From NCBI GenBank assembly GCA_045658315.1, contig JAZOUV010000079.1, positions 1 through 46,651 of the forward strand: 46,651 nucleotides of DNA. Direction: 5' to 3'. Below are positions 1-7,810 of the stretch, piece by piece (within the stretch, counting starts at the first letter, position 1; the number at the start of each line of letters is the position of its first letter). The notes under the pieces were generated by a model that ran no database searches, was not told the origin of the DNA, and worked only from the letters and a program-made list of their open reading frames with translations. The position numbers were made by a program, and so were the translations under genes. This stretch comes from Eubacteriales bacterium (GTDB taxonomy: Bacteria > Bacillota > Clostridia > Oscillospirales > CAG-272).

Positions 1-4
1 GACA

Positions 5-2458
5 TTGTATGGCTCGGAAAACAGAATATGGGTAAGTTTTTCGGAAATGCCTACTTATTTATATGAGGCGTTTATATCTATCGAAGACGAGCGTTATTGG
101 ACACATAACGGCGTTGACTGGAAGAGAACGCTCGGTGCGACATATTATTTCTTTACAGGCACGGATCATTACGGTGGTTCAACCATTACCCAGCAGCTTA
201 TTAAGAATTTAACCAATGAAAAGGATATTACTATCCAGCGAAAACTCCAGGAAATAATGCGAGCTCTTTATCTTGATAAAACCAAGGATAAGACAGAGGT
301 TCTTGAACTTTATCTGAATACGATATATTTGTCACAGGGCTGTTACGGTGTTCAGGCTGCTGCGAATGTTTATTTCGGAAAGGATGTTAGTGAACTTAGT
401 CTTGTAGAGTGTGCAGCCCTTGCTTGTATTACGCAGGCACCTACAAAATGGGATCCGATTCAGAATCCTGAGAATAACAAAGACAGAAGAAGCAAAGTTC
501 TTAAAAAAATGTACGAGCTTGGAAAGATAACCTACAGCGAGTATCAGGACGCATTAAATGAAGAATTGGTTTTGGCTAGAAATACAGCTAACGTTGAGGG
601 AGAGCCTTCTTCAAATGATGAGGATTACAACACTTGGTATACCGATGCTGTTATTAGGTCGATCGTTGAAAGATTGCAAGAAGAAAAAGGATATCCCGAA
701 AACCTTGCTTATAATATGATTTATTCGGGCGGTTTAAAGATATATACGGTTTTGGATCCCGATATTCAGGCGGCTCTTGACTCTGTATATGTAAATGATA
801 CTGATGTGTTCCAGGATAACCGTCTCCCCGGCGTATTTAAACCGGAATCCTCAATGGTTATAATACATCCAACAACCGGCGACGTACTCGGTATTGCGGG
901 AGGACGCGGTAAGAAGCAGGGAAACCTTATTCTTAACTACGCTACACAGACTACAAGATCCCCGGGTTCATCAATTAAACCGGTTACGGTTTATGCTCCC
1001 GCACTTGAAGCAGGAGTAATTACCATGGGTTCTGTTTATGACGATGTCCCTGTTAACTTTGATACAGGTAAATATACCGACAACGGCGGAAGCATTACCT
1101 ATTTTTATGAAGAAACGGGGCAGACACTTACAAGAAATACAGGTTGGCCGAGTAATCTTCCTACGAGATATGACGGTAAAACAACGATTGATTACGCTGT
1201 ATGCGTTTCAAAAAACACAATTGCTGTTCGTGTATTGCAGGATTTGACTTGCGAAGCATCCTTCGACTTTGCTAAGAATAAGCTGCATATGGACAGTATG
1301 ATTGAAAGATTACAGCTTTCAAACGGTGAATGGATCTCTGATAAGGGCTTGGTTGCTCTTGCTATGGGTGAAATGAACTACGGTGTTACTAATCTTGAAA
1401 TAACTGCTTCGTACAGTATATTTACAAATAATGGAACCTACAATCAGCCGAGGCTTTATACTCAGGTTCTTGATAATGATGATAATCTTATACTTGATGA
1501 TGGTTGTGAAAGCTCTGTTGTAATAAGCAAGACGAATGCTTCTATTATGACCAGAATGCTGAAAGGCGTTGTTGACAGAGGTACTGCAAGCGGGTCGATC
1601 AAGCTTAGAAGCAGAGTTAATGTTGCAGGTAAAACAGGTACGACAAATGCTGACCATGACAGATGGTTTATCGGTTATACTCCTTATCTTTTGGGCGGTG
1701 TATGGTACGGTTACGCAGAACCCGACAGTCTTTCCAAAGTTGTCGGCAACCCTGCGGGCGAAATTTGGGATAAGGTTATGACCATTGCTCACGAAAAGTA
1801 TTTTAATGAGGCCGCTGAGTCCGGTCAAGGCATTAAAACTTTCACTTATTCAAATGAAGTTGCAAGAACCGTTTGTAAAGACTCGGGTATGATTTGTTCT
1901 GATATCTGCAGTAAAGACCCAAGAGGACACAGAGGTTTTACCGCGTACTTTGCCCCCGGAACTGAACCAAAAACTTATTGTGATAAGCACGTATTGGTTA
2001 AATATGATGAAAAAACAAAAGCGATTGCTTGTCCGGGCTGTCCTCCAAAAGACGTAATAGAAATTGCTCTTGTTGATGCAAGCGACAGAAATTTCCCAAG
2101 ACAAGTTACCGTTATCGATGCTGACTATACTTGCAGAGTAATCAAGGATGATTTACCTTACTCTACAAATCTCAACGAACCGTACTATGCTGCGTCGTTG
2201 GAGGGCAAGTTCTCCGGAATTATAGGTAATAAAACGCATTACAATCACGCTTGTGTTGAGCATATAAAGACACCTTATGTTGAGGAGACAACTACTCAGC
2301 AGATAGTAACGACAGCTCCCCCCGATAAACCGAAGGATACCGAGCCGGGCGGTACATCAAGCGGAACGAAACCCGTTGCAACAACAGCACCGGGAGGACC
2401 TCCCGACGAGCCTACGCAAACTACGGTAAAAAATGAAACTGTGTCTACCCCCGATTAA
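5..2458 (+). CDS. Class A penicillin-binding protein (PBP1A family), 5'-truncated by the window edge
   Basis: GT51 motifs EDERYWTHNGVD, GGSTITQQLIKN, RKLQE, KTEVLELYLN; transpeptidase SSIK, SKN, KTGT; Cys/His-rich C-terminal region then Pro/Thr-rich tail. Frame is open to the window start and no N-terminal membrane anchor is seen. Confidence 0.95.
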   Translation: MYGSENRIWVSFSEMPTYLYEAFISIEDERYWTHNGVDWKRTLGATYYFFTGTDHYGGSTITQQLIKNLTNEKDITIQRKLQEIMRALYLDKTKDKTEVLELYLNTIYLSQGCYGVQAAANVYFGKDVSELSLVECAALACITQAPTKWDPIQNPENNKDRRSKVLKKMYELGKITYSEYQDALNEELVLARNTANVEGEPSSNDEDYNTWYTDAVIRSIVERLQEEKGYPENLAYNMIYSGGLKIYTVLDPDIQAALDSVYVNDTDVFQDNRLPGVFKPESSMVIIHPTTGDVLGIAGGRGKKQGNLILNYATQTTRSPGSSIKPVTVYAPALEAGVITMGSVYDDVPVNFDTGKYTDNGGSITYFYEETGQTLTRNTGWPSNLPTRYDGKTTIDYAVCVSKNTIAVRVLQDLTCEASFDFAKNKLHMDSMIERLQLSNGEWISDKGLVALAMGEMNYGVTNLEITASYSIFTNNGTYNQPRLYTQVLDNDDNLILDDGCESSVVISKTNASIMTRMLKGVVDRGTASGSIKLRSRVNVAGKTGTTNADHDRWFIGYTPYLLGGVWYGYAEPDSLSKVVGNPAGEIWDKVMTIAHEKYFNEAAESGQGIKTFTYSNEVARTVCKDSGMICSDICSKDPRGHRGFTAYFAPGTEPKTYCDKHVLVKYDEKTKAIACPGCPPKDVIEIALVDASDRNFPRQVTVIDADYTCRVIKDDLPYSTNLNEPYYAASLEGKFSGIIGNKTHYNHACVEHIKTPYVEETTTQQIVTTAPPDKPKDTEPGGTSSGTKPVATTAPGGPPDEPTQTTVKNETVSTPD

Positions 2459-2473
2459 TTTACTCATAAAATT

Positions 2474-2511
2474 AAAAATCACCTCATACATTTCTGTGAG
2501 GTGATTTTTTT
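2474..2511 (+). terminator. Hairpin with U-tract after pbp; its 3' arm contains the tspO ribosome-binding site
   Basis: AAAAATCACCTCA (2474-2486) pairs perfectly with TGAGGTGATTTTT (2497-2509). Confidence 0.55.
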
Positions 2512-3013
2512 GAATAATTCGATTGAAAAAGGAAACGGTGAAAGGGGAAGTTTAATATATATAACTATATTTGCTCTGTGCTTTTTGCTTTTAGGTTTTT
2601 TGTCTGCAATTCTCACAGGTGATTCAAATGCTTATGCAGGGCTAAATAAACCGCCTTTGTCTCCGCCTCCCGAGCTGTTTGCTGTTGTGTGGTCAATACT
2701 TTATGTAATAATCGGCGGAGTAAACGGAAGTGTTTACTTTATGAACGATCCTTTAAAAGAAGAGAACAGAAAAAACGGATTGGTCTTCGCTTTTATAGGT
2801 TTTCTTTTAAATCTTTTGTGGTATCCGATTTTTTTCGGCCGTGGTGAGTTTGTAGCTGCTCTGGTTGACGTTATTGTGATTTTCGTGTTAAATCTGATTT
2901 GTATTATTGAATACAGAAAGATAAAACCTATATATGCATATTTGCTGATACCGTATGCAGTTTGGCTTGCATTTGCATCATATTTAAATCTTGGTGTAAT
3001 TATATTAAACTAA
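2510..3013 (+). CDS. tspO: TspO/MBR family tryptophan-rich sensory protein
   Basis: PPLSPPPELFAVVWSILY and LIPYAVWLAFASYLN motifs, about 5 hydrophobic segments. In-frame TTG at 2510 follows GAGGTG (2498-2503); the ORF track starts at GTG 2501. Confidence 0.9.
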   Translation: MNNSIEKGNGERGSLIYITIFALCFLLLGFLSAILTGDSNAYAGLNKPPLSPPPELFAVVWSILYVIIGGVNGSVYFMNDPLKEENRKNGLVFAFIGFLLNLLWYPIFFGRGEFVAALVDVIVIFVLNLICIIEYRKIKPIYAYLLIPYAVWLAFASYLNLGVIILN

Positions 3014-3050
3014 AAAAATATGCACTTCATTGAAGTGCATATTTTTTTAG
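3010..3050. terminator. Bidirectional intrinsic terminator between convergent tspO and SPFH genes
   Basis: Perfect 20-bp inverted repeat CTAAAAAAATATGCACTTCA-T-TGAAGTGCATATTTTTTTAG with A7 and T7 tracts. Confidence 0.9.
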
Positions 3051-3062
3051 TTATGTATTAAT

Positions 3063-3938
3063 TTATTCTTTCTCTGTGTTTTCAATATCAATTACGGGCA
3101 GAACAGAATCACTTCCGACTATCTGAGGCAGTTCGCCGTTCCACTGCAATATTTCGTTGTATTTTACAAGGAGCTCGGTCAAGGAGGCTGCAAGTTTTTC
3201 GTTTGCCTCAGCTTCGGCCTTTGCTTGAACTTCAACTGCATAAGCATCTGCATCAGCCTGTATCTTTGCAACTGAAGCTTCTGCTTCTGCAGCTATAACT
3301 TTACGTGTTGCTTCTGCCTCTTGCTCCATGTTCTTTTGTTCCTGCTCTATGGTAGCCTGAAGCTTTGACTGTTCTGCAACTTGTTTTGCTTCAACAGCGT
3401 TTGTAAACACATCTGTAAAGTCAATATCTTCAATAGCAACGCTCAAAATGTCAATTCCATAAGCACTCATTTCAGGGGAAAGTATATCTTTTGTTTGACC
3501 CGATAGAGAGTCACGCGATTTGATAAGGTTTTCTGCTGTGTATTTAGCGATTATTGATTTAACATTTTCAATAATTCTTGGCTCAACTACGGTGTTGTAA
3601 TAGGTTACACCGATATTTTTGTATAAGTTTTGAGATGTTTCTTTATTGATGCTGTAGTTTACCGAGCATACAACATCTACTTGCTGAATATCGCTTGAAA
3701 ATGCTTGGAAATTAAGCTGTGCCTTTTGGTTTCTGTTGTCCATAATAATAACTTGCTGCCAGGGTAACTTGATGTGGAGACCTTCGTTCAAAACAAAGTC
3801 TTCTACACGTCCGAAGGTAACGACGATACCGGTATGACCTGCAGGAACGGTGCTTGTTGAAGTAACACCTAAAATGATTAAAAAGAGTACTATTACAGCA
3901 GATATGATTATTGCTGTAATTTTTTTTGTGTTTTTCAT
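3063..3938 (-). CDS. SPFH/prohibitin (band 7) family membrane protein
   Basis: N-terminal TM helix, VPAGHTGIVVTFGRV...EGLHIKLPW, AVEAKQVAEQ and an Ala/Glu-rich coiled coil; GGAGG RBS upstream. Confidence 0.92.
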   Translation of the reverse strand: MKNTKKITAIIISAVIVLFLIILGVTSTSTVPAGHTGIVVTFGRVEDFVLNEGLHIKLPWQQVIIMDNRNQKAQLNFQAFSSDIQQVDVVCSVNYSINKETSQNLYKNIGVTYYNTVVEPRIIENVKSIIAKYTAENLIKSRDSLSGQTKDILSPEMSAYGIDILSVAIEDIDFTDVFTNAVEAKQVAEQSKLQATIEQEQKNMEQEAEATRKVIAAEAEASVAKIQADADAYAVEVQAKAEAEANEKLAASLTELLVKYNEILQWNGELPQIVGSDSVLPVIDIENTEKE

Positions 3939-3969
3939 GGGATTATCCTCCTAAAAATATATTTATCGG

Positions 3970-3998
3970 TTGACATATATTAAATAAATTGGTAAAAT
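3970..3998 (+). promoter_or_regulatory. Sigma-A-type promoter on + strand, antisense to the 4012-4509 gene
   Basis: TTGACA (3970-3975), 17 bp, TAAAAT (3993-3998) with extended -10 TG at 3990-3991. Confidence 0.5.
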
Positions 3999-4011
3999 AT
4001 ATGCGAGATAT

Positions 4012-4509
4012 CTAAGGTTTGAGCATTTCCGTAAATTCCGCTTCTGCGGCGTTTCGGGCATCATCTTCTAAAACAAAAAAAGTTATGTAGAGACCGCATT
4101 TTTTTGCGATTGCGTTTTCAATTTTCGGGAGTTCTTCAGCGAGATATTCGCTCATCCGGTTTTCCTCAAGAGAAGTCAGGTAAGCCTCTGTTTCTTCAAG
4201 CAGTTTTTTTGCATTTTCGTAAGAGGTTGCTTTAAAAATGCCGAATAAGTCGGACGAACCTGTAGCGTTGATGTAAACATCGCTCTCTTCGCAGAGTGAA
4301 AGGTCTATGGGGATATTCAGTGCGACCCAACCTTCATTTGCTCGTGTAAGGGAGGATGTATTTGCTTTTTCGCAAATTTTTGCAGATATTTCAGAAACCT
4401 TTACGTCAGTCTTATATGCTGTGTCATCAATATTCTTGTTTGTAGAAGCACAGGAAACAAGACAGATTACACATATAAGAAGTAGACTTATTAATTTTTT
4501 CATATACAA
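4012..4509 (-). CDS. Predicted lipoprotein, DUF4358-like
   Basis: Signal peptide MKKLISLLLICVICLVS-C; C-terminal Y..EELPKIENA pattern resembles DUF4358. True start may be ATG 4503. Confidence 0.65.
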   Translation of the reverse strand: MYMKKLISLLLICVICLVSCASTNKNIDDTAYKTDVKVSEISAKICEKANTSSLTRANEGWVALNIPIDLSLCEESDVYINATGSSDLFGIFKATSYENAKKLLEETEAYLTSLEENRMSEYLAEELPKIENAIAKKCGLYITFFVLEDDARNAAEAEFTEMLKP

Positions 4510-4534
4510 CCCTTGCTTTGTTTTTTATGTATTC

Positions 4535-4563
4535 AGTATATCACATTTTTTTGAATAATTCAA
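4535..4563 (-). promoter_or_regulatory. Sigma-A-type promoter for the lipoprotein gene
   Basis: Minus strand TTGAAT, 17 bp, TATACT with extended -10 TG. Confidence 0.55.
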
Positions 4564-4603
4564 TATAATTCTATGTTATTTTAAAAAAGGAGAATGGTAA
4601 ATT

Positions 4604-5512
4604 TTGAAGAATAAGAATGGAAAAATTAAAGAAATAAAATTATTCAACGTGATGTTTCCCGTATGGTTATTGTTTATTTTTCCGATAACCTGGCTTTTGG
4701 TAATTCCTGTAAATTTTATTATAGACAGCTTTGTTTTGTTATTAGGAATGTTTCTTTTGCAGGTTGATGATAAACTTTCCTTTTACAAAAAAACTGTGCT
4801 TTGGGTGTTTTTGTTCGGTTTTGCGGCTGACATATTGGGCGGAATAGTGTTGCTTATTACACAGTTTGTCGAAGATAACGCTTTTTTCTATGAGTATCTT
4901 ACTGCTCCGATAGCTCAAAATCCATTTGATAATGTTTACTCTTTGCTTTACACATGCTTGGCTGTAGTTATATCCGGCATTTTGATTTATGTTTTTAACA
5001 GATTCGTATCATTCAGAAAGATTTCCGATAAGAAAGTAAAGAGAGTTATATCTCTTCTTCTTGCGTTTTTTACTGCCCCCTACTTGTTTTTACTTCCTAC
5101 TTCAAGCATTTACGGTGGGCAGACCGAAAGCTTCACTAATCATATAGTTTGGAGCGACTATATTCAGGCAGAGGTATATCTTGCAGATGCTCCCGAAGAC
5201 AATATTACAGAGGTTGAAAGCGGAGAGCATTATGATTACGTTCTTGTTTCGAGTTTTCGCGATGGAATAAACACTGCGAAAAAAGAGCGTAGAGAGCTGC
5301 CTGAGAATTGGAAATACAAGGTAGTATTCAAAAAGCAAGGAGCCGAAGAAAAGAAGCTTGAACCAATATTAATATATGAGGTTGGCGGTAATTTTTATTT
5401 TGAATGGAACGGCAGATGCTATGTAATAAACGAGTCGTGCCGAGAGGAAATGAAACAAGAGGTTTATGAGCACTTGAATCCGCCCGAACCCGATATAGAA
5501 GTGATTGAATGA
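4604..5512 (+). CDS. Hypothetical protein: multi-pass N-terminal membrane domain plus soluble C-terminal domain
   Basis: 302-aa ORF after AAGGAG; 4-5 hydrophobic stretches in the first ~170 aa, then a hydrophilic domain. Confidence 0.8.
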   Translation: MKNKNGKIKEIKLFNVMFPVWLLFIFPITWLLVIPVNFIIDSFVLLLGMFLLQVDDKLSFYKKTVLWVFLFGFAADILGGIVLLITQFVEDNAFFYEYLTAPIAQNPFDNVYSLLYTCLAVVISGILIYVFNRFVSFRKISDKKVKRVISLLLAFFTAPYLFLLPTSSIYGGQTESFTNHIVWSDYIQAEVYLADAPEDNITEVESGEHYDYVLVSSFRDGINTAKKERRELPENWKYKVVFKKQGAEEKKLEPILIYEVGGNFYFEWNGRCYVINESCREEMKQEVYEHLNPPEPDIEVIE

Positions 5513-5521
5513 GATTGATTT

Positions 5522-6085
5522 ATGAAAAATAATTTTAAAATTATTTTAGACAGGATTAGCGAAATACAAAAAAATAAGCATTCCGTTATTATTGCTTTGG
5601 ACGGCAGATGTGCGGCAGGGAAGACGACATTTGCGATGCAACTTAGTGAAGTATGTGAATGTAACGTTTTTCATATGGATGATTTTTTTCTTCGCTCCGA
5701 GCAAAGAACTCCCGAAAGGCTTAATACTCCCGGAGGCAATGTTGACAGAGAAAGAGTTTTGAAAGAGATAGTGCTTCCTTTATTACGAGGCGATGACGTT
5801 GAGTTTTATCCCTACGATTGTGCAACAAAAACTTTAAAGAACGGCGTTTTTGTGCCTTATAAAAATGTTAATATAATTGAGGGAGCATATTCATGCCATC
5901 CGGATTTATTCGATTATTTTGATATTCACATCTTTCTTGATGTTTCTCCTGAAGAGCAGTTGAGTAGAATCAAAAAAAGAAACGGTATTGATGCAGTGCA
6001 AAATTTTAAAAAGCTTTGGATTCCGCTTGAAGAAAAATATTTTTCATTTTATGATATAAGAGAAAAGTGTGAATTTGTATTTTAA
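5522..6085 (+). CDS. Uridine-kinase-like P-loop kinase
   Basis: IALDGRCAAGKTT Walker A, HMDDFF, IIEGAYS, WIPLEEKYF. Confidence 0.8.
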   Translation: MKNNFKIILDRISEIQKNKHSVIIALDGRCAAGKTTFAMQLSEVCECNVFHMDDFFLRSEQRTPERLNTPGGNVDRERVLKEIVLPLLRGDDVEFYPYDCATKTLKNGVFVPYKNVNIIEGAYSCHPDLFDYFDIHIFLDVSPEEQLSRIKKRNGIDAVQNFKKLWIPLEEKYFSFYDIREKCEFVF

Positions 6086-6124
6086 AGATGTTGTAAAACG
6101 TCTTACAATTCCATAGTACAGAAA

Positions 6125-6198
6125 AAAATGGGCTGTGAAAAAAGCTCTTGAAAGAAGACTATGAAAACTCAAAAATGAGTGGACATAGTCTTCTTTTT
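6125..6198 (+). repeat. Dispersed double-hairpin element, copy 1; likely also a terminator
   Basis: 13-bp stem AAAGAAGACTATG/CATAGTCTTCTTT (6151-6163/6184-6196); core 6155-6198 matches the reverse complement of 39641-39684 at 42 of 44 nt. Confidence 0.85.
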
Positions 6199-6223
6199 GT
6201 TGTATGAGTTGTTTTAGCTCTTT

Positions 6224-7654
6224 TTATCTTGCATAAATATGATTTAACCGTTTGTATTTTTCGGTGTTAATTGAGTTAAGTTGTTTTTTGGTGATACGGT
6301 AAGACCAGTTTCCGTCAGCTTTTCCGGGGGTGTTCAGTCTTGTGTCTGCACCGTAACCCAAAATATCCTGTATCGGTATGAGCAAAGTATCGGCACAGCT
6401 CATAAACATAATTCTGATTATAGTGTCGTAACATTTATTCCAATCCGAGTCCCTGAATCCGACATATTCCAACAAGGCATTTCGTGTATAATTATCAAGC
6501 TCCCATATAAAACCGAGGAGAGTGTTGTTGTCGTGGGTACCCGTATAGGCAACAAGATTGCTTGTATAATTGTGAGGAAGATGTGGGTTTTTTGTATTGC
6601 CGTCAAAGCCAAATTGAAAAACTGACATACCGGGGAATTTACTGTATGAAAGCAAATCATTGACCTTTTTATCAATGATGCCGAGGTTTTCGGCAATTAC
6701 CAACCTTTCTCCCGCAATTTTTTTGATTGTATCTATCATTTCTTTTGCAGGACCTGTACACCATTTGCCTTCTTTGGCGGATTCAGCGTTTGCGGGAACT
6801 GCCCAATATTCCGAAAATGCTCTGAAGTGATCTATTCTCACACCGTCGAACAGTTCAAAGCAGTATGAAAGTCGGTTTGACCACCAAGAATAGCCGTCTT
6901 TTTTCATATACTCCCAATTATATATGGGGTTGCCCCACAGTTGTCCGTCTTCTGAAAAATAATCCGGAGGCACTCCTGCGACACATATCGGTCTGTTATT
7001 TTTATCGAGAAGAAATTGCTCAAGATTGTTTCTGACATCGCAACTGTCAAAGGAGACGTAAAACGGAAGGTCGCCTATAATTTTTATTCCTTTTTTTGAA
7101 GCGTATTTGTGTACTGCGTTCCATTGAACATGAAATTCATACTGAATAAACTGCCAAGCAAAAAGTGTTTCCTTGTCGGGGACAAGTATTTTCCATTCAT
7201 TCCAAGGCTTATTGTTGTTTGCCTCTTTAAGTGCCATAAATTCACAGCAGTTTTCAATTCCTTTGTTTTTTGAAATAAAGTCCAGTACTGCTTTTTTGTT
7301 ACCTATTCTTGAAGAAGCTTTTTTTAATAATACAAACCGTTCTTCTTTTAATTTTTCAAATTCACAGACATAGGGAGTTTTTTGTGTGTTATCTTCAAGC
7401 TCCGATGCTGTAATAAGTCCCTTTTCAAAAAGTATTTCAAGGTCGATGAAATTCATATTTCCGCCCACCGAGGAATAAGACATATATGGAGAATTATGTT
7501 CATCGGTAATACAAAAGGGGAGAACTTGCCAGTAGGTAAATCCGCATTCTTGTAAAAAATCTATAAATTCAAAGGCACTTTTTCCAAAGCTTCCGCAGGA
7601 ATAATCCCCATGGAGCGAAGAAATGTGCATCAATATTCCGCTTTTTCTGCTCAT
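6224..7654 (-). CDS. malQ: 4-alpha-glucanotransferase (amylomaltase, GH77)
   Basis: RKSGILMHISSL, GVPPDYFSEDGQLWGNP, RIDHFRA, YTGTHDNNT, LNTPG..GNW. Confidence 0.96.
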   Translation of the reverse strand: MSRKSGILMHISSLHGDYSCGSFGKSAFEFIDFLQECGFTYWQVLPFCITDEHNSPYMSYSSVGGNMNFIDLEILFEKGLITASELEDNTQKTPYVCEFEKLKEERFVLLKKASSRIGNKKAVLDFISKNKGIENCCEFMALKEANNNKPWNEWKILVPDKETLFAWQFIQYEFHVQWNAVHKYASKKGIKIIGDLPFYVSFDSCDVRNNLEQFLLDKNNRPICVAGVPPDYFSEDGQLWGNPIYNWEYMKKDGYSWWSNRLSYCFELFDGVRIDHFRAFSEYWAVPANAESAKEGKWCTGPAKEMIDTIKKIAGERLVIAENLGIIDKKVNDLLSYSKFPGMSVFQFGFDGNTKNPHLPHNYTSNLVAYTGTHDNNTLLGFIWELDNYTRNALLEYVGFRDSDWNKCYDTIIRIMFMSCADTLLIPIQDILGYGADTRLNTPGKADGNWSYRITKKQLNSINTEKYKRLNHIYAR

Positions 7655-7679
7655 CTTTTAACACCTCATATAGTATTTT

Positions 7680-7708
7680 ATTATAAAAAAGGGTGTATTG
7701 TAATACAA
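7680..7708 (-). promoter_or_regulatory. malQ promoter overlapped by an inverted repeat
   Basis: Minus strand TTGTAT (7703-7708), 17 bp, TATAAT (7680-7685); GAGGTG RBS before ATG 7654. Confidence 0.55.
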
Positions 7709-7810
7709 AATACACTAATTATTAAAGTATATTCAAATGTTTCAGTTAAATTAGTTAAAAAATAGCATATTATATTTTAATATAATAGATTGCTGAGATT
7801 GGGAGGCAAT

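Noticed and set aside
6200-6224. GTTTTAG-like text suggesting a type II CRISPR repeat or tracrRNA
   Set aside because: Only a few bases match; no repeat-spacer periodicity and no cas genes in the window.
7745-7775. Sigma-E-like CATATTAT upstream of glgB
   Set aside because: No convincing -35 at the right spacing in very AT-rich DNA.
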